NCBI GenBank assembly: GCA_044226875.1
Contig: JBGAGD010000003.1
Span: 294,601 to 358,600 of the forward strand
DNA from: Bacteroidia bacterium
Lineage (GTDB): Bacteria; Bacteroidota; Bacteroidia; B-17B0; Aurantibacillaceae
DNA length: 64,000 bases
Direction: 5' to 3'
This document shows positions 43,450-53,711 of the stretch, in pieces. The notes beneath the pieces were generated by a model. The model saw nothing but the letters and a program-made list of their open reading frames with translations. It had not been told where the DNA came from and did no database searches. A program made the translations under genes and the position numbers. The number at the start of each line of letters is the position of its first letter. Positions within the stretch are counted from its first letter, which is position 1.

Positions 43450-44268
43450 ATGAAAAAAATAATTGTTGCCTGTTCCATCCTTCAATCACTAAGCTTTCTT
43501 TCGCAGGAATCAACAGCAAAATGGCGCGCTAAGCCTATTTTAATAGATGGCATTGCAAACGACTGGAGTTTGCCTCTTAGATTTTACGGTAACGAAACCA
43601 ACCTGTTTTTTGCCATTGCTAACGATAGCTCAAATCTGTTTTTATGCTTCCAGGCAAAAGACGAGCAAACACAATTAAAGATCAACGAGGCGGGAATGAA
43701 AATAGAGCTAAAGGCAAAAGGTAAATTAAAATGCGATGCCACAATTGATTTTCCGTTAACGGTAAAAAAAGAAAATACAGATCCGAGTGCTGAACATAAA
43801 AAGCAAAAACCAGATATTGAACATTTAAAAACCGGTTATATTTTACAAAATGTAAATTTATCGGTAAAAGGTTTTGCTACTCAAAAAGGCCTGGTGCCTA
43901 TTAAAGACAGCGCAGGAATAAATGCCGCAATTTTATGGGATAATAAAAATGTGATGACCTATGAACTTAGAATTCCGTTAACAGAATTATTCGGAACCGC
44001 TTTTTCTCTAAAAGAAGTTACAAAAGCAATTACTATGAAAGTAATTGTAAATGGTTTTGAACGCCCGCCGGTTACTGATAATGGTAACGCAAGTTCTTCT
44101 ATGGCGGGCAATACAATGGGTGGTGGCACAGGTGCTGCCAGTGGCGGCATGGGCGGTAGCATGGGTGGTGGTAATAGCGGCGGGGGCCAGCGCAAAGAAA
44201 GCGATCCCATGTTCGAATCAACCAGTATGAAACAAAATTTTTTACTGGCAACCGGCCCTACTCCATAG
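43450..44268 (+). CDS. Hypothetical secreted protein with Gly-rich C-terminal tract
   Basis: Signal peptide. C-terminal GNTMGGGTGAASGGMGGSMGGGNSGGG. Confidence 0.6.
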   Translation: MKKIIVACSILQSLSFLSQESTAKWRAKPILIDGIANDWSLPLRFYGNETNLFFAIANDSSNLFLCFQAKDEQTQLKINEAGMKIELKAKGKLKCDATIDFPLTVKKENTDPSAEHKKQKPDIEHLKTGYILQNVNLSVKGFATQKGLVPIKDSAGINAAILWDNKNVMTYELRIPLTELFGTAFSLKEVTKAITMKVIVNGFERPPVTDNGNASSSMAGNTMGGGTGAASGGMGGSMGGGNSGGGQRKESDPMFESTSMKQNFLLATGPTP

Positions 44269-44301
44269 CTATTTAAAAATTACGAATTACCCTTGGTATA
44301 A

Positions 44302-44505
44302 TTAGCAGCCTTCTTCTTTTAATCCTAAATAATTTACATAATCAACGCCGGCTTTTTTACTGTTAAGGCATTTGATATCTTTAGGGCTTACGCTCATAAC
44401 CGGCGTAGTAATAACCGTAGCGGGCATTCGTAAGTTTACTCCGGACTTTTCTTTACAGCTTAGTAATAAGTTTAATACTGAAAATAATATTGCTTTTGTT
44501 TTCAT
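44302..44505 (-). CDS. Possible small lipoprotein
   Basis: 67 aa with lipobox LLLSC. Weak evidence. Confidence 0.4.
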   Translation of the reverse strand: MKTKAILFSVLNLLLSCKEKSGVNLRMPATVITTPVMSVSPKDIKCLNSKKAGVDYVNYLGLKEEGC

Positions 44506-44635
44506 AATAGGTAATTTAAATACAAAGATAGGCCAAGCGAAAAAACTATTTTGTTATTGACTGGTTATTGGGTTGTTAACGACTTGTTAACGTCCGTTAT
44601 TTACTTTATAAATTGGTTAATTTTGAATTATTCAA

Positions 44636-45877
44636 ATGAACCTTAACAGAACTTATCTTTTTATTGCCATCTCTTCTTTTGCTTTGGTAATTGTACTCAT
44701 CATCCAGGTAAACTGGATCTTTGAAACAGCAAAGATCAAAGAAGAAATATTTAACGAAAAAGCAAGTATGGTACTCTCCAGAACGGCGCAGGCTATTTCT
44801 GCCGATACGGCTACGATCAAAAAAATGGAAATATCCGTTGGTAAAAAGGAGATCCGTAAGATCGATTCGCTGTTCAACCATTTTATGAAACTCTACAACG
44901 TTCACATAGGCTATTATTTTGACGTAAAGTCAACACTTTTTTCAGGTTCAGAAAAACCTTTTTTTACAAATAACATAAACGCCAATATGGAAGGTTGTTA
45001 TAACACCTGTATAAAGGATGGAGATATGAAAAGTAACAAAGGGGTTGATCTGAAACTGGTATTCCCGGATAAAGATCAATATATTATTGAAGAAATGGGT
45101 GTGCCATTTATCTCTTCTGTAATTTTAATAGTGGTTGTACTTGTTCTGTCGTGGCGTACAATTTTTTCGCTTATGAAGGAAAAACAAATATCAGAACACA
45201 CTACCGACTTTTTAAATAACATGACCCACGAATTTAAAACACCTTTAACCAATATTGCACTTGCGGGTAAGCTCATGATAAAGGAATCGAATATTAAACA
45301 GGAAGATAAAATAAAACACTACTCAGGTATCATACTTGAAGAAAATGATAAATTGAGATTGCAGGTAGAACAGGTTTTAAGCATGACAGCGTTAGAAAGA
45401 GGTGAAATTCCTTTGCAAAAAACAGAACTGGATCTTCACCATCTTATTGCCGATGCTTTAAAATGTATCAGCGTACAAGTAGAAAGCAAACAAGGACAAA
45501 TAAGATCGGATCTTAAAGCAAACAATATTGTTGTTATGGGTGATAAAGCCCATATTACCAATGCTATCTGTAACCTGGTTGATAATGCTATCAAATATTC
45601 CAAAGAAAAACCAATAATATCAGTTCACACATTCAATGCTGCTCAAAATATAATTGTTACTATTTCAGACACCGGTATTGGCATTGACAGTGAATATCAT
45701 TATAAAGTATTTGATAAATTTTTCAGGATACCAACAGGCGGCGTGCATGATGTAAAAGGTTTTGGGCTTGGCCTGGCCTATGTAAAAAAAATAATTGAAT
45801 TACACCAGGGAAAGATCGAGCTAAAAAGCGAAAAAGGGAAAGGAACAACGTTTACCATTACACTGCCCAATGCATAA
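44636..45877 (+). CDS. Sensor histidine kinase
   Basis: Two TM segments, H-box FLNNMTHEFKTPLTNI, N-box NLVDNAIKYS, and G-boxes DTGIGI and GFGLGLAYVKK. Confidence 0.9.
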   Translation: MNLNRTYLFIAISSFALVIVLIIQVNWIFETAKIKEEIFNEKASMVLSRTAQAISADTATIKKMEISVGKKEIRKIDSLFNHFMKLYNVHIGYYFDVKSTLFSGSEKPFFTNNINANMEGCYNTCIKDGDMKSNKGVDLKLVFPDKDQYIIEEMGVPFISSVILIVVVLVLSWRTIFSLMKEKQISEHTTDFLNNMTHEFKTPLTNIALAGKLMIKESNIKQEDKIKHYSGIILEENDKLRLQVEQVLSMTALERGEIPLQKTELDLHHLIADALKCISVQVESKQGQIRSDLKANNIVVMGDKAHITNAICNLVDNAIKYSKEKPIISVHTFNAAQNIIVTISDTGIGIDSEYHYKVFDKFFRIPTGGVHDVKGFGLGLAYVKKIIELHQGKIELKSEKGKGTTFTITLPNA

Positions 45878-46565
45878 AGATAAATTAAAAATACTATTGG
45901 CCGAAGACGATCTTAACTTAGGGGTTCTTTTAGTCGATCATCTCGAGGCGGAAGGCTTTGATGTAAAACTTTGCAAAGACGGTGAGTTTGCGCTAAAAGT
46001 ATTTACGACTAATAGTTTTGATCTTTGTTTGTTAGATATAATGCTGCCAAAAGTAAATGGGTTTACATTAGCAAAAGAGATAAGGGCTAAAGATGAAAGA
46101 ATACCCATTATATTTATTACGGCAAGGTCTTTAAAAGAAGATAAATTAAAAGGCTACGACCTTGGTGCCGACGACTATATTACAAAACCTTTTGATGAAG
46201 AAGAATTGCTGTGGAAGATCAAAGCAATTATCCGACGTACACCCGTAGCAAAGAACGGAAATGAACCCATCTCTATTGGTAAATATATTTTCGATCCCAA
46301 TAACCAATCTTTAACTATTAACGGCAAAACAAAACGCATCACCGAAAAAGAAAGCGAGATATTGCATTACCTTTGCGTTAGGCGCAACCAGGTTATAAAG
46401 CGCCAAGATCTGCTAAAAGAACTTTGGGGAGAGAACGATTATTTTTTAGGCCGCAGCCTGGATGTTTTTATCACCAAGATCCGTAAATACCTTAAAGAAG
46501 ACCAGGAACTGGTCATAGAGAATGTTTTTGGTGTTGGATTTATTTTTAACGTACCCGCAATATGA
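45870..46565 (+). CDS. OmpR-family response regulator
   Basis: REC domain (LLAEDD...DLCLLDIMLPKVNG...K) plus a winged-helix Trans_reg_C domain. 8-nt overlap with the kinase gene. Confidence 0.9.
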   Translation: MHKDKLKILLAEDDLNLGVLLVDHLEAEGFDVKLCKDGEFALKVFTTNSFDLCLLDIMLPKVNGFTLAKEIRAKDERIPIIFITARSLKEDKLKGYDLGADDYITKPFDEEELLWKIKAIIRRTPVAKNGNEPISIGKYIFDPNNQSLTINGKTKRITEKESEILHYLCVRRNQVIKRQDLLKELWGENDYFLGRSLDVFITKIRKYLKEDQELVIENVFGVGFIFNVPAI

Positions 46566-47101
46566 AAACTGTAAAACTACTTATTAGCATAATTATTATT
46601 TTATTGGCTTCGGCATTTACAGCGTTACAGGCAATTAGCTGGAAAATAAAAGAAAGTTATTCTGTAAAATGGGACGGCGGTTCTTTCAGAGGTTTAAAGG
46701 CAACCATATTGTTTGACGAACTGCATCCTGAAAAATCAGAAATATTTGCCATTATTGATCCCAGAACTGTAAAAACGGGTAACGATCAAAGCACGGCCCA
46801 CGCCAAAGAAGCCCTGGAGGCAGATAAATATCCAGTTATTTCTTTTGTATCATCGTCGGTTAAAAAAATAGCGGATGCAAAATATGAGGCCACAGGCAAT
46901 TTAACTTTAAAGGGAGTTATCAAAGAAATAAAGCTGCCTTTTACTTTTGACAGTAAGAAAGACCATGCAGAAAAATTTCCATTCATTTTAAAAGAAACAT
47001 TCCATGGCTCGTTTACAATAGTACCAAAAGATTTTAATGTTACTATGCCCGGAACGCCTCCAAAAATAACCATTGAACTGGATATACCGGTAATAAAATA
47101 A
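46562..47101 (+). CDS. YceI-family protein
   Basis: Signal peptide, KYPVISFVSS and ATGNLTLKGVIKEIKLPF. ATGA overlap with the response regulator gene. Confidence 0.85.
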   Translation: MKTVKLLISIIIILLASAFTALQAISWKIKESYSVKWDGGSFRGLKATILFDELHPEKSEIFAIIDPRTVKTGNDQSTAHAKEALEADKYPVISFVSSSVKKIADAKYEATGNLTLKGVIKEIKLPFTFDSKKDHAEKFPFILKETFHGSFTIVPKDFNVTMPGTPPKITIELDIPVIK

Positions 47102-47172
47102 ATGTGAAAAAATTATAAACGCCCGGCATTATTGCTTATTTATTTTACCTTTATAAAAACTAAAACAAAAAA

Positions 47173-47688
47173 ATGAAAAATATAAAATTACTACTAGGTG
47201 CCACAACTATTTTAGTTGCGTCGGCGTTTACAGTTATCGAATCGGTTAACTGGAAAATAAAAGATGATTATTCTGTAAAATTTGATGGCGGTAAAGTGCA
47301 CGGTATTATGAAAGGTTTAACGGCAACCATCTCTTTTGACCAGGCCAGTCCTGAAAAATCAAAGATCACTGCTTCTATAGACGCAAAAACTATCAATACC
47401 GGTAACGGTATGATGAATAAACATGCCGAAGAATCGGAAGCACTTGATACGGGTAAATATCCGGTAATTACTTTTGTTTCTACAGCAATTGCAAAAAAAG
47501 GCGATGCTTACGAAGCCACCGGTAACCTTACGTTAAAAGGGGTTACCAAGGAGGTTAAATTTCCTTTTACTTTTTCTAAAGATGTTTTTAATGGTAAATT
47601 TACAATAGCTCCAAAAGAATTTAATATCACAAGAGGCGGAACACCCGAAAGTCTTGATATTGAATTAAACATACCGGTTACAAAATAA
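47173..47688 (+). CDS. YceI-family protein (tandem paralog)
   Basis: KYPVITFVST, ATGNLTLKGVTKEVKFPF. Confidence 0.85.
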   Translation: MKNIKLLLGATTILVASAFTVIESVNWKIKDDYSVKFDGGKVHGIMKGLTATISFDQASPEKSKITASIDAKTINTGNGMMNKHAEESEALDTGKYPVITFVSTAIAKKGDAYEATGNLTLKGVTKEVKFPFTFSKDVFNGKFTIAPKEFNITRGGTPESLDIELNIPVTK

Positions 47689-47689
47689 T

Positions 47690-48082
47690 ATGTGGAAAAA
47701 ATTTTTGCTACAGGCATTAACAGGGGCCGCACTTTCGGGTGTGGCCTCTGTTATTTACAATATCATTTATAAAGAATCTTTTTATGTTGATTTTAGTCGG
47801 GTAGTCAATACGGCTTCTATTTTTGGCGCCTGCACCTTTGCCTGTATGCTTATTGCCCTTGGTCATTTTATTATCTTTAAATGGAAAGGCAATAAATTAA
47901 CCGGCGCTTACAATTTACTGGTTCTTATTTTAAGTTTTGCCAGTATTATTGGCGTATTATCCTTTCAACTTCCGCTTGATATAGAATTTCCCGAAATGTT
48001 CATTGGCCTGGCCATTCCAATGCATTTTTTTCCGGCCCTTGCCTACTTTACCATAGATCCTTTTTTTAAGCGAAGGGCTTAA
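47690..48082 (+). CDS. Four-TM membrane protein, unknown function
   Basis: 130-aa ORF starting 2 nt after the yceI-like stop. Confidence 0.55.
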   Translation: MWKKFLLQALTGAALSGVASVIYNIIYKESFYVDFSRVVNTASIFGACTFACMLIALGHFIIFKWKGNKLTGAYNLLVLILSFASIIGVLSFQLPLDIEFPEMFIGLAIPMHFFPALAYFTIDPFFKRRA

Positions 48083-48254
48083 TTTCTCAAAAACGTACGG
48101 CTTTACACCCCATTCCTTCCAATTTAGATATTCCAAAATTTACCTATGTAAGATTTTCCAGATTTTTGTAAATTATTACAGATCACAAGCTTATACCTTT
48201 ATTCCAGAAACAGGAATTTTCCATATTAAAGAAAAATTCCAAAAAAAGATAAAT

Positions 48255-49610
48255 ATGAGCAGTTTTAAAATTTTTGTAGTTGAAGATGATCCATGGTTCG
48301 GAGAGATCCTTAAACAACATTTATCTCTTAACCCGGATTACATAGTTAATGTATTTACCACCGGTAAAGAATGCCTTAATAACCTGCATTTAAAACCAGA
48401 TGTTATTAGTATTGATTTTGGATTACCCGATATGACCGGCGATATCCTCTTCGGAAAAATACAGGAAATAAATAAAACAATTCCCATTATTGTTATCAGC
48501 GGCCAGGAAGACGTTTCCATTGCCGTAAAATTCTTAAAGGAAGGTGCAAGAGATTATATCATAAAAGATGATAATACAAAAGAAATGCTTTGGAATTCTA
48601 TTTTAAAGATAAGGGAAAATCAAAGCCTTAAACAAGAAGTAGAAGAACTAAAAGAACAACTCGGGCAAAAATTTAGTTTTGAAAAAACTATTATTGGCCA
48701 AAGTGATGCTTTGAAAAAAACATTTGTCTTAATTGAAAAAGCCATCAGGTCAAACATTAATATTTCTATCACCGGCGAAACCGGCACCGGTAAAGAGGTA
48801 ATTGCAAAAGCCATACATTTTAATTGCGAGAGAAAGAAAAAACCATTTGTAGCCGTTAATATGGCTGCTATCCCTTCGGAGTTAATAGAAAGTGAATTGT
48901 TTGGATATGAAAAAGGGGCTTTTACCGGCGCGCAAAGCCGCAAGATCGGAAAATTTGAAGAAGCTAATGGTGGCACCATTTTTTTAGATGAGATTGCAGA
49001 ACTCGACCTGAATTTACAAAGCAAAATTTTGCGCGTGTTACAGGAAAGGGAAATTGTAAGGGTTGGCGGTAACGAAAAAATAAAAATTGATGCGCGTTTA
49101 ATTACGGCATCACATAAAAATTTACTGGAAGAAGTAAAAAAAGGAAATTTTCGTGAAGACCTTTTTTACAGGATAATTGGTTTGCCCATTGAGTTACCCC
49201 CATTAAGAAACAGGGGAAATGATGTGTTGATCCTGGCGCGACACTTTTCTGATGAATTTGCAAAGGAAAACAAAACAAAACCTTTGCGCTTTTCAAATTC
49301 GGCAAAAGATCATCTTCTAAAATACAATTACCCGGGCAACGTACGCGAACTAAAATCCGTTATCGACCTTGCTTGTGTTATGTGCGACAGTAACGAAATA
49401 ACCGAAACAGATATTGTATTTAATACCATCAAATCTGACCAGCTATTTACCGCGGAAGAAAAAACACTTAAAGATTATACTGCAGATATCATCACCTTTT
49501 TTCTTAAAAAATACGATCAAAACGTGGTAGAAGTTGCGAAAAGGCTGGATGTAGGTAAATCAACGATATATAACATGTTGCAAAAAAAAGAAATAAGATT
49601 GGACCAATAA
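48255..49610 (+). CDS. Sigma-54-dependent response regulator (NtrC family)
   Basis: REC domain. AAA+ domain with GETGTGKEV and ESELFGYEKGAFTGA. C-terminal Fis-type HTH. Confidence 0.9.
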   Translation: MSSFKIFVVEDDPWFGEILKQHLSLNPDYIVNVFTTGKECLNNLHLKPDVISIDFGLPDMTGDILFGKIQEINKTIPIIVISGQEDVSIAVKFLKEGARDYIIKDDNTKEMLWNSILKIRENQSLKQEVEELKEQLGQKFSFEKTIIGQSDALKKTFVLIEKAIRSNINISITGETGTGKEVIAKAIHFNCERKKKPFVAVNMAAIPSELIESELFGYEKGAFTGAQSRKIGKFEEANGGTIFLDEIAELDLNLQSKILRVLQEREIVRVGGNEKIKIDARLITASHKNLLEEVKKGNFREDLFYRIIGLPIELPPLRNRGNDVLILARHFSDEFAKENKTKPLRFSNSAKDHLLKYNYPGNVRELKSVIDLACVMCDSNEITETDIVFNTIKSDQLFTAEEKTLKDYTADIITFFLKKYDQNVVEVAKRLDVGKSTIYNMLQKKEIRLDQ

Positions 49611-49637
49611 GTATAAACCTATTTAAAAACGGGAGCT

Positions 49638-52600
49638 ATGAGCCATCATAAACTACTTCAAAAACAAATAACAAAATATTTTCCGCAGGGTTTTATTCAA
49701 GACCCCGCGTTTGAAGATTTTCTTATTGCAGTTAGCGATTCGTATAGCTCTTACGACAGAGACCACGAGCTCTTAAACCATGCCTTTGCTTTAACAGAGA
49801 ACGAATACAGAACATTGTATACTGACCTTGAAGCAGAATATAAGCTTAAAAAACTATCTATCGAAAAATTAAAAAACTCCGTTAAAAATATTACTAAAGA
49901 AAGTGACTTTACACTTGAATTCGAAAACAATGATCTGCTGGTGATAGTAGATTATTTAAATGCAGAGATCAATAAAAGAAAAGAAACAACCAATATACAA
50001 AATGCAATTTTAAATGGCACAGATTACGCGATCATCTATACTGATTTAAAAGGCATTATAAAATCTTTTAATAAGGGTGCCGAAAAAATGCTGGGCTATG
50101 CTGCCGAAGAGGTTATTGACCATTTTACCGGTTCTCTTTTTCACGACAAGGATGAAATAATAAATAAAGCAGAAGAATTATCCAAAGAATTTGGCTACGA
50201 AGTAGTACCCAACGACGATGTTTTTCTATTTAAAGCCAAAAAAAATATTACTGATACAACAGAATGCACCTTTATAAGAAAGGACGAAGAGCGCTTACCA
50301 GTTCAGCTTTCTGTATCACCTATTAAAAACTCGGATAATGAAATTATAGGTTTTTTAAAAGTTGCTCATAATACTTCCGAACAGAAAAAAGCCCAGCAGG
50401 CACTTATGGATAGCGAAGAAAGGTATCGCAGCATTGTTGAAAAATCAACCGATATAATTTACAGGACAAATGAAGAAGGTTTTTTTATTTTTGCCAACGC
50501 TGTAGCAGAAAGAATTACAGGATATACAAAAGAAGAGTTAAAGAACATACGCTACATAGAACTGATTCGGGAAGACAAGAGAAAAGACGCCATACTTTTT
50601 TATGTAAAACAATTACAGCAACGAAAAAGCACTACATATTACGAATTTCCAATCATTAACAAAGCAGGTGAAGAAAGGTGGCTTGGCCAAAGTGTGCAGC
50701 TAACAGAAGTAAACAGCGATGAGTTTGAATTTACCGCTTTGGCAATTGATGTTACAGAAAGAATTGGTTTTGAAAAGAACATACACCTGCAAAAAGAAAA
50801 ATACCTGAACATAATTACCAACATGAATTTGGGATTACTGGAAGTAGACCTTGATCAAAATATCCAATTCTCCAACCCCGGTTTTACTGTGCTATCCGGT
50901 TACAAGCCTGAAGAGCTTATCGGAAAAAAAGCTTCTGAATTATTTGCAACCGATTCTCATATGGATCTTTTGGCTGAAAAAACCAAACAGAGGCAGCAAG
51001 GTATTGCTGATATGTACGAAGTTCATACAAAAAACAAACAGGGCGAATTACGTTGGTGGATGATAAGCGGTGCGCCAAATTACGACGATAAAGGCAATGT
51101 TATAGGATCTATTGGCATTCACCTTGATATTACAGAAAAAAAGAAACTAGAGGAAGCTCTTGAAATAGAAAAAGAAAAAGCCGAAGCTTCATCGCGCGCT
51201 AAAGCAGCCTTTTTGGCTACCATGAGCCACGAGATCAGAACACCTTTAAATGGTATTATTGGTATGATCCGTGAACTGTCATACGAGCCATTAATGGATA
51301 AGCAAAAAAAATATGTTCATAATGCCTCTGTTGCTTCGCAACATTTACTTTCGGTATTGAATAACGTATTGGATATCTCTAAGATAGAGGCAGGTGAGTT
51401 AAGCCTTGAAAAGCATCATTTCAGCCTAAAAGACACCGTTAAGAATGTAAAACTAATTATGGCTACCAAAGCAAAAGAAAAAAACATCTTCTTTGGCGTT
51501 GATACCAACGAGATAAAAAACAATGCCTATATAGGCGACTCTGCACGTATACGCCAGGTTTTGCTTAATTTAATTGGTAATGCTTTAAAGTTTACAAGTA
51601 ACGGCGGTGTTTATGTAGAATGCAAGATAAAAGAAATCAAGGCTGGGTCACATACTATATCGATCTCTGTAGAAGATACAGGCATAGGCATGGATGAATC
51701 TTACCAGAATAATTTATTCAAAAAATTCTCGCAGGAAGATTCATCAACCTCCAGGAAATATGGTGGCACTGGCTTAGGAATGGCTATTACCAATGAGATC
51801 GTTCAGTTAATGAATGGTACAATTAATGTAAAAAGTAAAAAGAATGAAGGAACGATCATAGAAGTTGTTTTTGATCTGCCAATTGGCGAAACAGATAAAA
51901 TTGAATCGTATAATGAAATAGATATTTTAAAAGATATAAGCGGTACAAAAATTCTATTGGTTGAAGACAACGAATTTAACAGGGCATCGGCAATAAATAC
52001 CTTAAACAGGTTTCAATGCCAGGTTACCGAAGCTTTTAACGGTAAAGAGGCGATCGATATCTTAAATGAAAATAAATTTGATATTATTTTAATGGACCTG
52101 CAAATGCCTGTTATGGATGGCTTTGAAGCAACTGAGTTCATTAGGCATTCGCTTAAACTTACAACACCTGTAATTGCATTAACTGCTAACGCTTTTAAGA
52201 GCGAGCTTGAAAAATGTTTTGCAATTGGCATGAACGATTGCGTAACTAAACCATTTGAAGAAGATGATCTGCTTAATACGATCTCTAAATACGTTAAAAC
52301 ATCTGTCAACGAAATTACGGAACCAAAAGAAAAAATAATACCGATTATAAACGAAAAAAAATCTGAAACAATGCAGGGAACACAATTATACGATCTTCAA
52401 AAATTATCAGCAATAGTAAGACACGAAAAAGATCAATTGCAAAAAATGATCCGCATCTTTATTGACCAGGCTACGCCATCAGTAACGCAGATCAACGAGG
52501 CTTATAACAAAAAAGATCTTAATTCCGTTTACCAGATCGCACACCGAATTAAACCAAGTATTGATGGTATGGGAATAATTTCTTTAAAAGATGTTGTAAG

Positions 52601-52718
52601 AACTATTGAAAAAGACGCAAAAGAAAATAATGATTCAAACTTAATGAAGGAGAATATTACGTTGTTGACCGATACACTTAACACAGTTGTTCTTCAATTA
52701 AATCAAAACGAAATGTAA
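49638..52718 (+). CDS. Hybrid sensor histidine kinase/response regulator (PAS x3, HisKA, HATPase_c, REC, Hpt)
   Basis: FLATMSHEIRTPLNGIIGM, NLIGNALKFT, DTGIGM, GGTGLGMAI, ILLVEDNEFN...DIILMDLQMPVMDG, and Hpt HRIKPS. Confidence 0.9.
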   Translation: MSHHKLLQKQITKYFPQGFIQDPAFEDFLIAVSDSYSSYDRDHELLNHAFALTENEYRTLYTDLEAEYKLKKLSIEKLKNSVKNITKESDFTLEFENNDLLVIVDYLNAEINKRKETTNIQNAILNGTDYAIIYTDLKGIIKSFNKGAEKMLGYAAEEVIDHFTGSLFHDKDEIINKAEELSKEFGYEVVPNDDVFLFKAKKNITDTTECTFIRKDEERLPVQLSVSPIKNSDNEIIGFLKVAHNTSEQKKAQQALMDSEERYRSIVEKSTDIIYRTNEEGFFIFANAVAERITGYTKEELKNIRYIELIREDKRKDAILFYVKQLQQRKSTTYYEFPIINKAGEERWLGQSVQLTEVNSDEFEFTALAIDVTERIGFEKNIHLQKEKYLNIITNMNLGLLEVDLDQNIQFSNPGFTVLSGYKPEELIGKKASELFATDSHMDLLAEKTKQRQQGIADMYEVHTKNKQGELRWWMISGAPNYDDKGNVIGSIGIHLDITEKKKLEEALEIEKEKAEASSRAKAAFLATMSHEIRTPLNGIIGMIRELSYEPLMDKQKKYVHNASVASQHLLSVLNNVLDISKIEAGELSLEKHHFSLKDTVKNVKLIMATKAKEKNIFFGVDTNEIKNNAYIGDSARIRQVLLNLIGNALKFTSNGGVYVECKIKEIKAGSHTISISVEDTGIGMDESYQNNLFKKFSQEDSSTSRKYGGTGLGMAITNEIVQLMNGTINVKSKKNEGTIIEVVFDLPIGETDKIESYNEIDILKDISGTKILLVEDNEFNRASAINTLNRFQCQVTEAFNGKEAIDILNENKFDIILMDLQMPVMDGFEATEFIRHSLKLTTPVIALTANAFKSELEKCFAIGMNDCVTKPFEEDDLLNTISKYVKTSVNEITEPKEKIIPIINEKKSETMQGTQLYDLQKLSAIVRHEKDQLQKMIRIFIDQATPSVTQINEAYNKKDLNSVYQIAHRIKPSIDGMGIISLKDVVRTIEKDAKENNDSNLMKENITLLTDTLNTVVLQLNQNEM

Positions 52719-52740
52719 AACTAATCTACTTTGTAAAAAA

Positions 52741-52775
52741 AGCCCTGCGGTATTAAACCGCAGGGCTTTTTTTAT
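52741..52775 (+). terminator. Rho-independent terminator
   Basis: AGCCCTGCGG-tattaaa-CCGCAGGGCT hairpin followed by TTTTTTT. Confidence 0.7.
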
Positions 52776-52905
52776 TTCCTCTTTTTGGAAAATCCTTCCA
52801 GCCAGCGGAATTATAAAGGTTCAATTGTTCGCAAAAGATACTGATAATCAACATATTGCAAATACGGCACAGCGTTGGTAAAGCATTATGCAAATACAAT
52901 AAACC

Positions 52906-53298
52906 ATGAAAACACAAATACTAAAATCGTTGATCCTCTTGCTGTTGAGTTTAAAGATTACAGGCCAAACTCATGTTACAAGTGCTAAACATTTTTATTT
53001 AGCAATGGGCACTTCGATGTCGGTGAGTGAACTGCTGTACAAAAAAACAAATTTAGATGGTTTAAGTCCTTTAGTTGGCATGTTTGCAGGTGTTGCTATA
53101 ACCATTGGCAAAGATGTATTAAATAACCGAAATTCAGACAAACTGGTACCTGATCTGAACAAAGGGATCTTAGGATGTTTTGGCTCAATTACAGGCAGCA
53201 TGATACACAGGGTAACTATAGATATACGCGATAAAAGAACAATAAACAATAACAACCAAATAGAGAAAGTAAAAGAATTTGAAAACAATTTTAATTAA
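52906..53298 (+). CDS. Hypothetical secreted/membrane protein
   Basis: Signal peptide MKTQILKSLILLLLSLKITGQ. TAATG overlap with the next ORF. Confidence 0.5.
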   Translation: MKTQILKSLILLLLSLKITGQTHVTSAKHFYLAMGTSMSVSELLYKKTNLDGLSPLVGMFAGVAITIGKDVLNNRNSDKLVPDLNKGILGCFGSITGSMIHRVTIDIRDKRTINNNNQIEKVKEFENNFN

Positions 53299-53708
53299 TG
53301 GAAAACATGAAACAAATATTCGATCAACTGGGCTACAACGTAACAAAAGTTAAATTTTCAATGTTAAGCGAAGAAAAACAATTCTATTACATAGCTAATA
53401 ACGACGGAACCATTCGTTGTATGTGGCCGGTAAAAGCAAAACACCCGCTGTTGTTAGATTTCAATAACGACGCTAAAATCTTATCAGATCATTACACTTT
53501 TTTTATAAAACTTATTTTCAAGTTAAAACTCCAATCACAGGTATTTGGAAAAACGACCTTATATGTAGTGAAAAACGAAAATAAGAAAATTGATTTTGAC
53601 ATTGATGGCAACTGGACTATTTTTAATGAGCTTAAAGAAGAATGCAATACCGTTGTGTTTACCCAAAGCGGCAGCAAATTAAACTCAATAAAACTAAACC
53701 TGAATTGA
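53298..53708 (+). CDS. Hypothetical protein
   Basis: 136-aa ORF coupled to the preceding ORF. Confidence 0.5.
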   Translation: MENMKQIFDQLGYNVTKVKFSMLSEEKQFYYIANNDGTIRCMWPVKAKHPLLLDFNNDAKILSDHYTFFIKLIFKLKLQSQVFGKTTLYVVKNENKKIDFDIDGNWTIFNELKEECNTVVFTQSGSKLNSIKLNLN

Positions 53709-53711
53709 TGT

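Noticed and set aside
43959-44210. 83-aa Pro-rich minus-strand ORF
   Set aside because: Antisense translation of the Gly-rich tract of the 43450-44268 gene (GGN codons read as NCC, giving Pro).
48620-49024. 134-aa minus-strand ORF (and the similar 59493-59936 ORF)
   Set aside because: Both are antisense to genes with strong motif support (the sigma-54 activator AAA+ domain, and the 913-aa operon gene). Neither has features of its own.
52866-52879. Sigma-54 -24/-12-like element (GGCAC-N4-TTGG) upstream of ORF 52906, downstream of the NtrC-type regulator pair
   Set aside because: The spacing is one base short of the GG-N10-GC rule, and the -12 element is GG rather than GC. This is too weak to call.
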